DNA from: a virus
Lineage: Duplodnaviria > Heunggongvirae > Uroviricota > Caudoviricetes
IMG/VR virus record: IMGVR_UViG_3300012016_000001
Coordinates: 1-64,000 of that record
Reading direction: 5' to 3' (one strand)
Length of the DNA: 64,000 nt
The translations under genes and the position numbers were made by a program. Of this stretch, positions 30,606-41,070 are shown piece after piece (the stretch's first letter is position 1; every line of letters begins with the position of its first letter). The notes beneath the pieces are model-generated. The model had not been told where the DNA came from. It was given only the letters and a program-made list of their open reading frames with translations, and ran no database searches.

Positions 30606-31631
30606 ATGAGTATGGATTTTAGTTTTTATCTTGAACCTAAAATTACTAAAGACTTTCTTCTTTCTTATAATAAAGAAGAAGTTTACATGTCCTTCTACTT
30701 AGGTATTCCTATTAAAAAGGGATTATTTTGTTCTCCGTTAAGAAAGGATAATACTCCAACTTGTTCTTTCTATAGGAATAAACAAGGTGATTTAATCTTT
30801 AAGGATTTTAATGGTTCTTTTTATGGTAACTTTATTTCAGTAGTAATGTACAAGTACAGCATTGGTTATAATGAGGCTTTAAGAACTATAGCCAATGATT
30901 TTAGCCTTATACATACTCCTGGATATGTAAAGCATAAGGGAATTGTTCGTGATAATATTCCGACTTTTGAAACTCCAGAAACTGCACTCATTCAAGTAGA
31001 AATACAAGAATTTCTTGATTCTGAACTTGAGTGGTGGGCAAGTTATGGAATTACTTCTAAGTTGTTGAAGAAGTATCATGTATACTCTTGTAAGAATATC
31101 TTTTTAAATGGGAATTACTTTATGGCCTCAACCAAATCATGTCCTGCGTATGGTTATTATGGAGGCAAAGAAGACAATGTAGAACTTTGGAGAATATACT
31201 TTCCAAAGAAAAAACAGTATAGATTCCTCACTAATTGGAAAGCTAAACAAGTACAAGGTTATCAGCAATTACCTAAAGAAGGAAAGTTATTAGTAATTAC
31301 AAAATCAATGAAAGATGTAATGTGTCTTGCAGGACTAGGCATTAAAGCTATTGCCCCAAATAGTGAAAATTTATTTATACCAGATAAAATGTTAGAAGAA
31401 TTAAAACAGCGTTTTTCATATATAGCCGTACTATATGATAACGATCTTCCAGGCATTAGTAATATGAATAAGATTAAAAAACAACACCCTGAACTTAAAT
31501 ATCTATGGATTCCTCGTAAGTATGGGGCTAAAGATATTTCTGATTTTAGAAAGAAGTACGGTGAGAAAGTTACTAAACAATTTATTAAAGAAACTATTAT
31601 TAAGGTATGGAAGAGCTCTTTGAAACTGTAG
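30606..31631 (+). CDS. DNA primase (zinc finger plus Toprim)
   Basis: CSPLRKDNTPTCSF zinc-finger-like segment and Toprim LYDNDLPG. Confidence 0.65.
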   Translation: MSMDFSFYLEPKITKDFLLSYNKEEVYMSFYLGIPIKKGLFCSPLRKDNTPTCSFYRNKQGDLIFKDFNGSFYGNFISVVMYKYSIGYNEALRTIANDFSLIHTPGYVKHKGIVRDNIPTFETPETALIQVEIQEFLDSELEWWASYGITSKLLKKYHVYSCKNIFLNGNYFMASTKSCPAYGYYGGKEDNVELWRIYFPKKKQYRFLTNWKAKQVQGYQQLPKEGKLLVITKSMKDVMCLAGLGIKAIAPNSENLFIPDKMLEELKQRFSYIAVLYDNDLPGISNMNKIKKQHPELKYLWIPRKYGAKDISDFRKKYGEKVTKQFIKETIIKVWKSSLKL

Positions 31632-31849
31632 AGTTAATGAATAGTTCTAGCTATAAAGACAGATTTATAGCTGAATACTGGCAGAATAAGATAAGGTATG
31701 ATAAATTGCAGAATATGGTAAATAATTGGGACAGCTTAAAGTTTAAGCCTACGTGTCCGTTATCTATTTATCTATTGCAGTTAGAATATATGGAAAAGTA
31801 TATTGCTATACTTGAAATGAGAGCAGTTGCAGAAGGCATTGTATTATGA
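31607..31849 (+). CDS. hypothetical protein
   Basis: 80-aa ORF. Confidence 0.4.
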   Translation: MEELFETVELMNSSSYKDRFIAEYWQNKIRYDKLQNMVNNWDSLKFKPTCPLSIYLLQLEYMEKYIAILEMRAVAEGIVL

Positions 31850-31860
31850 AAAAGTAGGAA

Positions 31861-32397
31861 ATGAATACTTCCTGTAGAGCTACATTTAAAAATGGCACTA
31901 CTAAAGACTTCGCTTCCATTGAAGAAGCGGCACAGGAAACAGGACTCACTGTTGCGTCAATCAAAATCAGATGTAACAAACCTGGATGTGGAGGAAAAGA
32001 CAAAACCACATTCGAATGGTTAGATGAACACACTAAACGTTCCTATCAAGCAAAGAAATCTAGAAGTAAAGGAGCTTCTTGGGAACGTGAAGTTATAAAT
32101 AGGTTAAAAGAAATAGGATTTACTGGTTGTGTAACCTCCAGAGGAGAATCTAAAAAGGTTGATAATAACAAAATTGACATAATAGATACTGAAGGAAAGT
32201 TACCAATTAATATACAATGTAAACAGTATCAAAATACTCCTTCTTATTTTACTATAAGAGATGCTTGTACTGATAAGTCAAAACCTTTTGTAGTCATGTG
32301 GAAGAAATCACCTGAAGGTGGTGAAAATAGTAAAGGAGCTATTGCTATGGTAGATGCAGATTATTTCTATTATCTTTTATCCCTAACAAATAAATGA
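31861..32397 (+). CDS. possible Holliday-junction-resolvase-like nuclease with an N-terminal DNA-binding module
   Basis: GASWEREVINRLKEIGF...DIID...IQCK resembles the archaeal Hjc/PD-(D/E)XK pattern (weak). Confidence 0.35.
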   Translation: MNTSCRATFKNGTTKDFASIEEAAQETGLTVASIKIRCNKPGCGGKDKTTFEWLDEHTKRSYQAKKSRSKGASWEREVINRLKEIGFTGCVTSRGESKKVDNNKIDIIDTEGKLPINIQCKQYQNTPSYFTIRDACTDKSKPFVVMWKKSPEGGENSKGAIAMVDADYFYYLLSLTNK

Positions 32398-32609
32398 GTA
32401 ACTATGTTTATGCTGTAGCTTATGACGATAACGTCATGAGAAGTATCTCTGCAAGTTCTATAAGAAATGCAGAAGACAAAATTATAGATAGGTTTAGAGA
32501 CGATTACGAGATTGAAAAAGAATTTAATAATTATCGTGAATTTAAGGATTACATGTGGGATAACTATGAAGTATTAGTTTCTAACCCACAAGATATTGAA
32601 GCCCTATGA
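32394..32609 (+). CDS. hypothetical protein
   Basis: 71-aa ORF. Confidence 0.45.
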   Translation: MSNYVYAVAYDDNVMRSISASSIRNAEDKIIDRFRDDYEIEKEFNNYREFKDYMWDNYEVLVSNPQDIEAL

Positions 32610-33124
32610 GAATTGGATTAGATTTAGATGGAACTATAGATGATTTCATGAATCCTTATTTAAAAAGGTTTGGATATCCTAAAAAGAGTGATTCTGAAAT
32701 AACACATAATGTACAACGTATACTTTCTAAAGATAAGAATTTCTGGTTATCTCTTCCAGTACTTAGGACTATAGATTTTATTCCAGAACTATATTGTACC
32801 AAACGAGTGAATCCAAAACAATGGACTCGTAAATGGTTAATATCTAATGGTTTTCCAAATCGTCCTATATATCAAATGTATTATCAACATGGCAATAAAG
32901 CAACTATGATTAAAGGACGGGTGGATGTATTCGTGGATGATTCTATATCTAACTTTATAAAGTTAAATTTATCTGGAGTTCCATGTCTACTGATAGACCA
33001 GCCTGATAATCAAGAATGGGGGCCTATAGGTAGAATCTTTACCCTTAATAAAGAAGAAATAATAGATGCATACAATTTACTTATAGATACTGGAATGTTC
33101 GATAACTTTAAGAACCTGTTATGA
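32606..33124 (+). CDS. HAD-family 5'(3')-deoxyribonucleotidase-like protein
   Basis: N-terminal DLDGT (DxDxT) motif. Confidence 0.5.
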   Translation: MRIGLDLDGTIDDFMNPYLKRFGYPKKSDSEITHNVQRILSKDKNFWLSLPVLRTIDFIPELYCTKRVNPKQWTRKWLISNGFPNRPIYQMYYQHGNKATMIKGRVDVFVDDSISNFIKLNLSGVPCLLIDQPDNQEWGPIGRIFTLNKEEIIDAYNLLIDTGMFDNFKNLL

Positions 33125-34194
33125 TAGACGTATATAGTGCAGTCAAATTAAAGCCCCTAACTGATTCCATCATTATAAAGGATATTTCTGATGCAGAATA
33201 TTTCTCCAAATCTTATAGCGATTATATCAGTAATTCTAGATTAAAACTTATCAATCCAGATGAAAAAGGCACTCCAAAGAAATTCTTTGAAGGATTAAAT
33301 AATAATAAGATATATTCTGATGCTCTTATATTCGGTAGCGCTGTACATGAACTTACATTACAGCCTACCGAATTTGTTTTATCTGATATAGATAGACCTA
33401 CAGCAAAAGCTGGATTCATGGCTGACTATATATATGACAACTACATAGGACCCTGCGGAGATAATGTGGGAGAAGTAATAGCAGCTCTTGAGGATTCTGT
33501 ATTTATAGAGGCTTCTGATGAAGTTGACTATTATAAAGGAAAAATGAATGAAGATAAGATTAGTGCACTAAGAGAAAAATGTGAACTATATTGGGTTAAT
33601 AGAGCACTTTTTGAAGAAGACTATACGGGCCCAACTCCAATATATCTCCCATCTAAAATGAGAGAGCAGTTAAATTCTGTTCTCGAATCCTTTAATAAAA
33701 ACAAGAGATTTAAAGAATTATTACATCCTACTGGTCTATTAGAAGATCCTATATCTATGAATGAGACCACTATCTTAATGGACATGGAATATACAGTAAC
33801 ACTACCTGAAGGTCAACAGGAAGGAATACTACATCTAAAGTCCAAGTTAGATAATTTTACTATAGACAATGAAAATAACACTATTACTGTAAATGATGTT
33901 AAGACTACTGGAAAGTATATTACTGAGTTTGCTAGTAGTGCTTTTAATTTCTTTCATTATTATAGAGAGTTAGGAATGTATACTTGGTTGCTTAGACATG
34001 CAGCTGCTAAATATTATAACATATTTAACCCTATTATTAAGAGTAATTGCTTAGTAATAGAAACTTTCCCAGGATATTTTACTAAGACTTATGAACTTAC
34101 TAAAATGGACTTGGCAAGAGGTATGCAAGAATTTGGTTGGTTGTTACGTCAAGTAGCTTATTTCAAGGCTAAATATGACTTACAAGGAGCTTGA
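33121..34194 (+). CDS. PD-(D/E)XK family nuclease
   Basis: GSAVHELTLQP and VNDVKTT motifs. Confidence 0.5.
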   Translation: MIDVYSAVKLKPLTDSIIIKDISDAEYFSKSYSDYISNSRLKLINPDEKGTPKKFFEGLNNNKIYSDALIFGSAVHELTLQPTEFVLSDIDRPTAKAGFMADYIYDNYIGPCGDNVGEVIAALEDSVFIEASDEVDYYKGKMNEDKISALREKCELYWVNRALFEEDYTGPTPIYLPSKMREQLNSVLESFNKNKRFKELLHPTGLLEDPISMNETTILMDMEYTVTLPEGQQEGILHLKSKLDNFTIDNENNTITVNDVKTTGKYITEFASSAFNFFHYYRELGMYTWLLRHAAAKYYNIFNPIIKSNCLVIETFPGYFTKTYELTKMDLARGMQEFGWLLRQVAYFKAKYDLQGA

Positions 34195-34501
34195 AGCAAT
34201 TTATAATAAATATTTTAGCTTAGGAAACTTAAATATTAATATAAACAATAAGTTTGCACTTATATCTTTGATATGTTATATAACTACTTCGATGCAAAAA
34301 AAGAAACCTGATGTTACTTATTATCAAGTAGTATATAAGATATGCGATACACTCGGATTTGAGGAAGACTTTATAAAAGGATTAGCAATAATGTGTGAAA
34401 ATTTTGGATATGGTTGTAAAGACTTTCCTACATTCAATATTGCTCCAAAAGATATGGTTCAAACTTGTCGTGACATATTAAAAACTTATATGCCATTTTG
34501 A
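34175..34501 (+). CDS. hypothetical protein
   Basis: 108-aa ORF. Confidence 0.45.
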   Translation: MTYKELEAIYNKYFSLGNLNININNKFALISLICYITTSMQKKKPDVTYYQVVYKICDTLGFEEDFIKGLAIMCENFGYGCKDFPTFNIAPKDMVQTCRDILKTYMPF

Positions 34502-34640
34502 CCGAAAACGAATTGTTAAAAATTGTAAAATTTTGGCAATTCATTTGAGATTAGAACTAGAAGTTAGTAGATTTGTTTCACCAACCTTCGGGAAGGAGAA
34601 AGTTCAAAGATGAACTTAATTTTAGATTAATTAACATTCA

Positions 34641-34676
34641 TTTAGTTGTCCGTTAGGATGAGCAAATGTATATTTG
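34641..34676 (+). promoter_or_regulatory. Bacteroidota-type promoter candidate (-33 TTTAGTTG, -7 TATATTTG)
   Basis: TATATTTG at 34669-34676 matches TAnnTTTG. A TTG ends at 34648, 20 nt upstream. Lies in a 223-nt intergenic region ahead of 34725. Confidence 0.4.
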
Positions 34677-34724
34677 TTTAGATGAAGATGATTAATACGA
34701 ATTAATGTTAAAACTAATTGAATT

Positions 34725-35273
34725 ATGGAAACAAAAGTAATTAATTTCAAGAAACTAGAAGTTACAGGTGCTACAAAAGAAGAGGCTATAGCAAAGGCTC
34801 CATTCCAGATTATAGGTGATGCTACTCAGGCTTTCAAGAATTGGAAGAAGAAACAGACTGATGGTATTACAGATGCAATGATTAAGGCTTTCTGTCTTGA
34901 GTATATCGAGAAGAAGTCTAAGAGTGCCGCTGGTATTGGATATTCGATTACCGTCGAAGCTGCTGTTGCTGACACTCGCGAGCGTCCTTACAAGATCAAT
35001 GATGTCAAGAATGAGAAGGGTAAGAGAAAGTACGTTACTACATATGAGCTTGTTGATGATGTGACAGGTGAGGTAGTAGGTATGACTCAAGAGACAAAGG
35101 CTGTTGCTAAAGAGCAGGCAAAGGAACTTTACAAGAAAGGCTTTAAGCATAATATTACTTGTAAGTACACCAAGCAAGTTCTAGATGGCGAACCCATTGC
35201 ATTCACTGCCGAGTATACTCCCTCAAAGAGTTCTAAGGTAGGTACATATATGGTCTTTGGCGTCGAGGCCTAA
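34725..35273 (+). CDS. hypothetical protein (stand-alone unit with its own promoter and strong terminator)
   Basis: 182-aa Lys/Glu-rich ORF. Confidence 0.6.
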   Translation: METKVINFKKLEVTGATKEEAIAKAPFQIIGDATQAFKNWKKKQTDGITDAMIKAFCLEYIEKKSKSAAGIGYSITVEAAVADTRERPYKINDVKNEKGKRKYVTTYELVDDVTGEVVGMTQETKAVAKEQAKELYKKGFKHNITCKYTKQVLDGEPIAFTAEYTPSKSSKVGTYMVFGVEA

Positions 35274-35297
35274 TAACTTCTAACATATAAGTTTTGT

Positions 35298-35337
35298 TGG
35301 GAGTCTGCTTTAACGAGCGGGCTCCCATTTTTTTTTT
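35298..35337 (+). terminator. rho-independent terminator
   Basis: TGGGAGTCTGC pairs with GCGGGCTCCCA, followed by T10. Confidence 0.85.
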
Positions 35338-35348
35338 CTATTCCAACA

Positions 35349-35930
35349 GTGGAAACTGTCTCAATGAAAGTAAGCAATTTTATTCATGTTAATGGTCTAG
35401 AGATACTAGACCAAATATTTGACGAAGAACATAACGATTTTGAACTGGAAGAGGTAATTGAAGATGTATATAAGATGATGACTTATAAAGCTAGTAATAT
35501 GCAAATTATGACCGTCAAAAAAGGTTTCTATAAATCTAGAGAAAAGACTGATGGTTATATGAATTTTGGAGATAATTTTTATGGACTGCAAGAAGTCAAA
35601 AGAAAAGTAACCAATACTAAGAACCAATATAAAAAGCAATTATTACAATCTCTTAGGTATTTATGGTTATATAGGAATGACCCTTCTATAAAGGTATTTA
35701 TACTAAATTCTGAGAAATTTTATGTATATGTACTTAGAGAGGATATAGAGGATTTAATAAATGCTCTTGCTCCTTTATTTGCTAAGTCTACTAAGTCAGC
35801 TTGTAGAACTTGGGATGATATAGATTTAAGAGTTACAATTCAGAAATGGAATGTCCCTTTTCATTCTGTATTATTAAGGGATTTATCTTTAGATACTACA
35901 CTAAAAGAAATTTGTAAACAAATAGCATGA
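35349..35930 (+). CDS. hypothetical protein
   Basis: 193-aa ORF (GTG start or ATG at 35364). Confidence 0.5.
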   Translation: METVSMKVSNFIHVNGLEILDQIFDEEHNDFELEEVIEDVYKMMTYKASNMQIMTVKKGFYKSREKTDGYMNFGDNFYGLQEVKRKVTNTKNQYKKQLLQSLRYLWLYRNDPSIKVFILNSEKFYVYVLREDIEDLINALAPLFAKSTKSACRTWDDIDLRVTIQKWNVPFHSVLLRDLSLDTTLKEICKQIA

Positions 35931-36637
35931 TTACTAGAGATGAAGTACTGATTAGAGCAAGTATGGATTGCTTAAAAGATCTTTATAAGTTAGCACAACC
36001 ATCCGTAGATTGGGATGACTTTATGCAAGAGAATAAAGAATATGCTATAAAGTATAAAGAGTGGGATGATTGGAAAATTAAGAAAGTACCTCATCCAGAA
36101 TGGGAAGGCAAGTCTATGATAGAAATTCTTGGACCTCGTCCTTATGAGTTTCATTACCTTCCCAAAGATATAATGAAAGAAATAACAGACTCTTATGTTA
36201 GAGCTTATAGAATAGATACACAACAAGAACTTCTTAATACAATAGAAATCTTGAAAAGTTATTGTAAAGATACTATCATAGATAAATATATAGATGAACA
36301 TATTGATGAAAGTGGAAATTGGCATCCTGGATATAGAGGTTATGAACATCCTGATAATTTAGAAAAAGAACTATATCAAGTGCTTAAAGAATATTTTGAT
36401 GATTCTGAAACCGATACAAATGTTGTTGCTAAAGAATTACAAGATAAATTCTTTGGATTTCTTGATATGGCAGGGAAGTTTTATAGTTGGAATAGAGACT
36501 TGAATGCCTTTAATACTACTGTTTACTTAGGTCCAAGTCCAAGTTCTAACAAACAAGCTGTTATAGATAATTGGAAGAAATATAGAAATAAAGATATTAC
36601 TATAGATGACTCTATTTATGAAAATGAAGAGGAATAA
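35927..36637 (+). CDS. hypothetical protein
   Basis: 236-aa ORF. Confidence 0.55.
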   Translation: MITRDEVLIRASMDCLKDLYKLAQPSVDWDDFMQENKEYAIKYKEWDDWKIKKVPHPEWEGKSMIEILGPRPYEFHYLPKDIMKEITDSYVRAYRIDTQQELLNTIEILKSYCKDTIIDKYIDEHIDESGNWHPGYRGYEHPDNLEKELYQVLKEYFDDSETDTNVVAKELQDKFFGFLDMAGKFYSWNRDLNAFNTTVYLGPSPSSNKQAVIDNWKKYRNKDITIDDSIYENEEE

Positions 36638-37416
36638 TGGAAGTAACTATTGAACAACTATTACAGGGAAAAGGAACCCTTATTAAGAACAAGGAGTATT
36701 GGCCTACTGAGGCTTATGTATCTCCCTTTATAAAGAGATTACAACCTATAATAAAGAAATTTGAAATAAAGGTGGAAACTCCATCTCAAATTACTCTTAC
36801 TCAGGATGGTCAAATAAATACTAAAGATATAACCTATAATAGAGTTTGGATTCAAGGTGTACTTCCAGATGAATATCAAATTGATAACCATGATGATGTA
36901 ATTGGTATGGTTTATGGTCTTGATGTTCGTAAACCTGTCGTTAAGTTTTATAGAGGAGGACTTAACAGGGCTTGTACCAACTTATGTGTATTTAATCCAG
37001 ATTCGTTAGTAGTTAGAGAACTTAAAAATGAAGAAGCAATAGACTTTAGACCTGTAGATGCCCTTATTAAGCAAGCTAATGAACTAAAGGTATTTTTACA
37101 GAAATTACATAGTACAACATTCTCTAGAGATCCTCAGAACCTTAACGAGCACCTGGGTCTATGGATGAGAAGGTCTTGGTCTATGGAATATAATAATGGA
37201 GTATCTAAAGCGTCTCTTGCATCTAGTGTAGTAGAAGGAGCATTTAAACTTTTGTTTGAGAAAGAAGACTCTGATTACTTTGTTTCTCCAAATGAAAATA
37301 CTAATATGTTTAATGTTTATAATGCTTTTACTCAACTTATATCTAATGACAGAGACAAGGATATAATGAATAAAGTAGAGAAGACTTTATTACTTAAAAG
37401 CATTCTGGATGTATGA
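36637..37416 (+). CDS. hypothetical protein
   Basis: 259-aa ORF. Confidence 0.55.
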   Translation: MEVTIEQLLQGKGTLIKNKEYWPTEAYVSPFIKRLQPIIKKFEIKVETPSQITLTQDGQINTKDITYNRVWIQGVLPDEYQIDNHDDVIGMVYGLDVRKPVVKFYRGGLNRACTNLCVFNPDSLVVRELKNEEAIDFRPVDALIKQANELKVFLQKLHSTTFSRDPQNLNEHLGLWMRRSWSMEYNNGVSKASLASSVVEGAFKLLFEKEDSDYFVSPNENTNMFNVYNAFTQLISNDRDKDIMNKVEKTLLLKSILDV

Positions 37417-37733
37417 TTAACTTTCTTATTCTTTACTTTTGCAATTTAGTCTTAGATTATCCCTTACAAGGTACTTTCTTAGCTGAGTATAAATGTAAAA
37501 ACAATTATATTTTGTTTGTACATTGTGCCATATGGGCATTAGGACTATCCATAGTTCTTATTCCACTTGGATTATTTGCTTGGTGGAAAGTGGTAATGTT
37601 ATTAGTAGGTCATTATGTTATTGACTATTGGAAATGTAGAGGACTTTATAAAAAATGGAATATAAAAGATTGGACATCATTGTATATTGATCAAGCATTA
37701 CACGTAGGACAACTCCTATTGTGTTTATTTTGA
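37413..37733 (+). CDS. small integral membrane protein
   Basis: Three hydrophobic segments. Confidence 0.5.
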   Translation: MINFLILYFCNLVLDYPLQGTFLAEYKCKNNYILFVHCAIWALGLSIVLIPLGLFAWWKVVMLLVGHYVIDYWKCRGLYKKWNIKDWTSLYIDQALHVGQLLLCLF

Positions 37734-37782
37734 TCTTGAGAATTACATAATTATTTATTATATTTAATATCTTGTGTTAAAT

Positions 37783-39474
37783 ATGGAAATAATGAAAGTA
37801 ATTAAACGTGATGGAAAATTGGAGGAATTTGATGCCTCTAAAATAAAGGCAGCTATTAGGGCTGCCTTTAAAAGTGCAGATGAAGAATTTGACGAAGAAT
37901 TAATAGATGATATATTCAATGATCTTCCTTTATGGGATGAAATGACTATTGATTCTATAGAAGATCAAATAATTGAAGTTCTGAATGACTTTAACTATGA
38001 AAATGTAGCTAGAGAGTATCTATTCTATAAATGGGAACACCAGAAAGCTCGTAATTTAGCAGAGAGCAAGAGGTCCTTTATAGAAAGATATAAAGAAGCT
38101 ACTAATACTGCAAATGCTACTATAGATGACAATAGTAATGTCGGGAATAAGAATATAGGTATACTTAATGCAGAAGGCCACAAGACTGAGAATATTTTAG
38201 TTAGTAGGGCAATGATAAAGAGTAAACTTAAAAGCTTGTTTCTTGACTTTGATGCTAAACAGTATGTAAGAGACTTGAAAAGTCATATAATTTATAAGCA
38301 TGACGAGTCTAGTTTTATGGGTGCTATTGCTCCTTACTGCTGTTCTATATCTATGTATCCTTTCCTCATAGGAGGAATAAAGGGTATAGGTGGTCTTTCT
38401 GCAGCTCCTAAGAATCTTGATAGTTATTGTGGAATGTATGTTAATCTTATATTTGCAATAGCTGGGCAGTTTGCTGGAGCAGTTGCTACTCCTGAATTTT
38501 TATTGTATTTTGACTATTTTGCACGTAAACAATGGGGAGATTTATATTATCAAAAACCTAATGTTCAGACTACCAGTGATTATGTACTACGTAAAATGAC
38601 AATACAAAAGGAAATACATCAATATTTTCAACAAGTTATTTATAGTATTAATCAACCAGCAGCTGCAAGAGGTATGCAATCTGCATTTGTGAACTTTGCA
38701 TATTTTGATAAACCATTTTTTGAAGCAATGTTTGGAAATTTTGTATTTCCAGATATGTCTACTCCTAAGTGGGAATCTCTAAATTGGTTACAAAAAGAGT
38801 TTATGCGATGGTTTAATTCAGAAAGATGTAAATGTATTCTAACTTTCCCTGTAGAATCTTTTGCTCTTATTTATAAAGATGGTAAGTTCTTAGATGAGGA
38901 AAATGCAAAGTTTGTTGCAGAAGAATACTCTAATGGTCATAGCTTTTTTACATATATTTCTGATACTGCTGATAGTTTGTCTTCTTGTTGCCGCCTCAAA
39001 AACAAAGTGGATACAAAAGAATTTAACTTTACCAATGGAAACATGGGTGTGGAGACGGGCTCAAAGAGTGTTATAACTCTTAATTTAAATAGGATTATAC
39101 AAGATTGGTGTAAGTTTATAGGAGGAGTTCCGAAAGTGGGAAATCAATATGACAGTTTACGTCTTTATTTAAGAAATATTCTTCAAAGAGTATATAAATA
39201 TCATATAGCATATAATGAATGCTTATGGGATATGTATGATGCTGGATTACTTCCAGTTTATTCCAATGGATTTATATCTCTTAACAAGCAATATCTAACT
39301 ATCGGACTTAATGGACTTAACCAGGCAGCAGAATTCTTAGGCATTGAGTGTAATGTAAATCAAGAATATCAAGACTTCTGCCAAGCTGTATTCTCTATCA
39401 TAAAGGAAGCTAATTCTGAAGCTAATGGAAAATACTTTGGACACAAAGTTACATTTAATACTGAATGTGTCCCT
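37783..39474 (+). CDS. nrdD: anaerobic ribonucleoside-triphosphate reductase NrdD, exon 1
   Basis: N-terminal ATP-cone (VIKRDGKLEEFDASKI) and class III RNR core ending FNTECVP at the predicted 5' splice site. Confidence 0.8.
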
Positions 39475-40504
39475 AGACTCAGTGGGGACGTTAAACCTCT
39501 ATTGATTGACTTGGAAGCCCCTAGAGGGCAACAGGGCGCAAGCAGAAGCGTTTGTAAGTTTCGTGCAGCGTGAACGACTAAGTATAGAGGCTCCTTAAGT
39601 TACTGCAGTGATGCAGTTCTTTTGGGAGATGCGATAGTCTGAACTCTATGGTAACATAGAGAGGAAATTTGAAGAAATTTCCCATCCAAACTTGTTTTCT
39701 CATAAAACACTTATTAAGTTTGTTCTATGTAATAAATGAAAATGTTATTTAAAATTTTTATGAAAATGGAACAAGAAGTACGTAAGTGTTGTATTTGTGG
39801 AGCGTCAGTAGGAAATGGAACTGACAAAGTTTACAAATTTTCAGATGGAAATATGTATTGCAAGAAGCACTATCTTCAGATGTATAGACATGGACATATA
39901 ATAGAAAGAACTATATATGATCCAAATGAATATATAGAATATGAAGATTATGCAGAATGTATATGTTATGATAAATCTGGAAATGAGAAAGGAAGAGTAA
40001 AAATAGATCTAGATAAAGTTTCTTTAATAAAAAAGCATAAAGTGTACATAAGAAAACAAAATGACAAAATTTATGCAGCGATTTCCATTGATAATAAAAA
40101 GGTAATGCTCCATAGATATTTAATGGAAATAATTAATGAAGAATATTCTATTAATAAAGTTGTTGATCATATAAATGGAGATTCTTTAGATAATAGGATT
40201 TCTAATTTAAGAATTTGTACACATAAACAAAATATGCAAAATATAAGAAAGAAAAATAAAATAGTAGGAGTATCTAAAAGTCCTAATAAAAATAATAGAT
40301 GGATTGCAAGAATAATGCATAATTATAAAACTATTAATTTAGGATATTTTGATACTTATGCAGAGGCCACTTTAGCTCGTATACAAAAAGAAAAGGAAAT
40401 CTGTGGAGAGTATGGGCCTAACAAGGATTTATTTTACGTTTTGGATCTCCCTTCTCCATTGGAAGAATTACAAAAATTTGTTCCAGAAGGGGTGTAACAG
40501 AATG
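39475..40504 (+). mobile_element. group I intron carrying an HNH-AP2 homing endonuclease gene
   Basis: Splicing CCT|...aatG|GCT GAA restores the conserved VPAE. The 5' exon ends in T and the intron ends in G. A GC-rich structured 260 nt, including GATAGTCTGAAC (group I core-like), precedes the ORF. Confidence 0.65.
39736..40497 (+). CDS. HNH homing endonuclease with an AP2-like DNA-binding domain
   Basis: VDHINGDSLDNRISNLRICTHKQN (HNH) and NRWIARIMHNYKTINLGYFDTYAEA (AP2-like). Confidence 0.75.
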   Translation: MKMLFKIFMKMEQEVRKCCICGASVGNGTDKVYKFSDGNMYCKKHYLQMYRHGHIIERTIYDPNEYIEYEDYAECICYDKSGNEKGRVKIDLDKVSLIKKHKVYIRKQNDKIYAAISIDNKKVMLHRYLMEIINEEYSINKVVDHINGDSLDNRISNLRICTHKQNMQNIRKKNKIVGVSKSPNKNNRWIARIMHNYKTINLGYFDTYAEATLARIQKEKEICGEYGPNKDLFYVLDLPSPLEELQKFVPEGV

Positions 40505-40978
40505 GCTGAAAGTTTAGCTGCTAAGAATTATAATTGGGATAAAGAAGATGGATATTGGGTACCTGAAGATACTAATCTATACGCATCTTATATATTTAAG
40601 CCTAATGATAAGTCTGTAAGTATTCTAGATAAAATTACATTACATGGTTCTAATTATATAGGAGATTATTTAGACGGAGGAAGTGCTGCACATATTAATC
40701 TAGCAGACCATCCTTCTTTCTTCCAAGCCTGGAAAATTCTAAATTTTGCAGCAGAACAAGGATGTCAGTATTTTACTTTTAATGTTCCTAATTCTGAGTG
40801 TCAAGATTGTGGATGGATAGGTAAAAAACCAGTAAAAGTATGTCCTAGATGTGGTTCTACGCATATAGATTACTATGATAGAATTATTGGTTATTTAACT
40901 AAAATACGTAATTGGGCAGATTGCCGTAAAATTGAACAAAAAACTAGAGTTTATGAAAAATTCGAAGATAGAGCCTGA
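40505..40978 (+). CDS. nrdD: NrdD, exon 2 (zinc ribbon and glycyl-radical motif)
   Basis: CQDCG...CPRCG zinc ribbon and DRIIGYL glycyl-radical-type C-terminus. Confidence 0.8.
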   Translation, partial: AESLAAKNYNWDKEDGYWVPEDTNLYASYIFKPNDKSVSILDKITLHGSNYIGDYLDGGSAAHINLADHPSFFQAWKILNFAAEQGCQYFTFNVPNSECQDCGWIGKKPVKVCPRCGSTHIDYYDRIIGYLTKIRNWADCRKIEQKTRVYEKFEDRA

Positions 40979-41004
40979 AGGAAAAACTCCTCCAGGCTTT
41001 TTTA
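40972..41004 (+). terminator. rho-independent terminator
   Basis: AGCCTGAAGGA pairs with TCCTCCAGGCT (one mismatch), followed by TTTTTT. Confidence 0.75.
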
Positions 41005-41070
41005 TTGGATGTCCAGAACAAGAGTTCTATTTAGAGATGAATAAAAGTAAAGCTAATAAAATAGAAGAAT

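Noticed and set aside
39475-39573. C-terminal 33 residues of track ORF 37774-39573 (RLSGDVKPLLIDLEAPRGQQGASRSVCKFRAA).
   Set aside because: This is read-through into the GC-rich intron core. The conserved NrdD sequence resumes at 40505.
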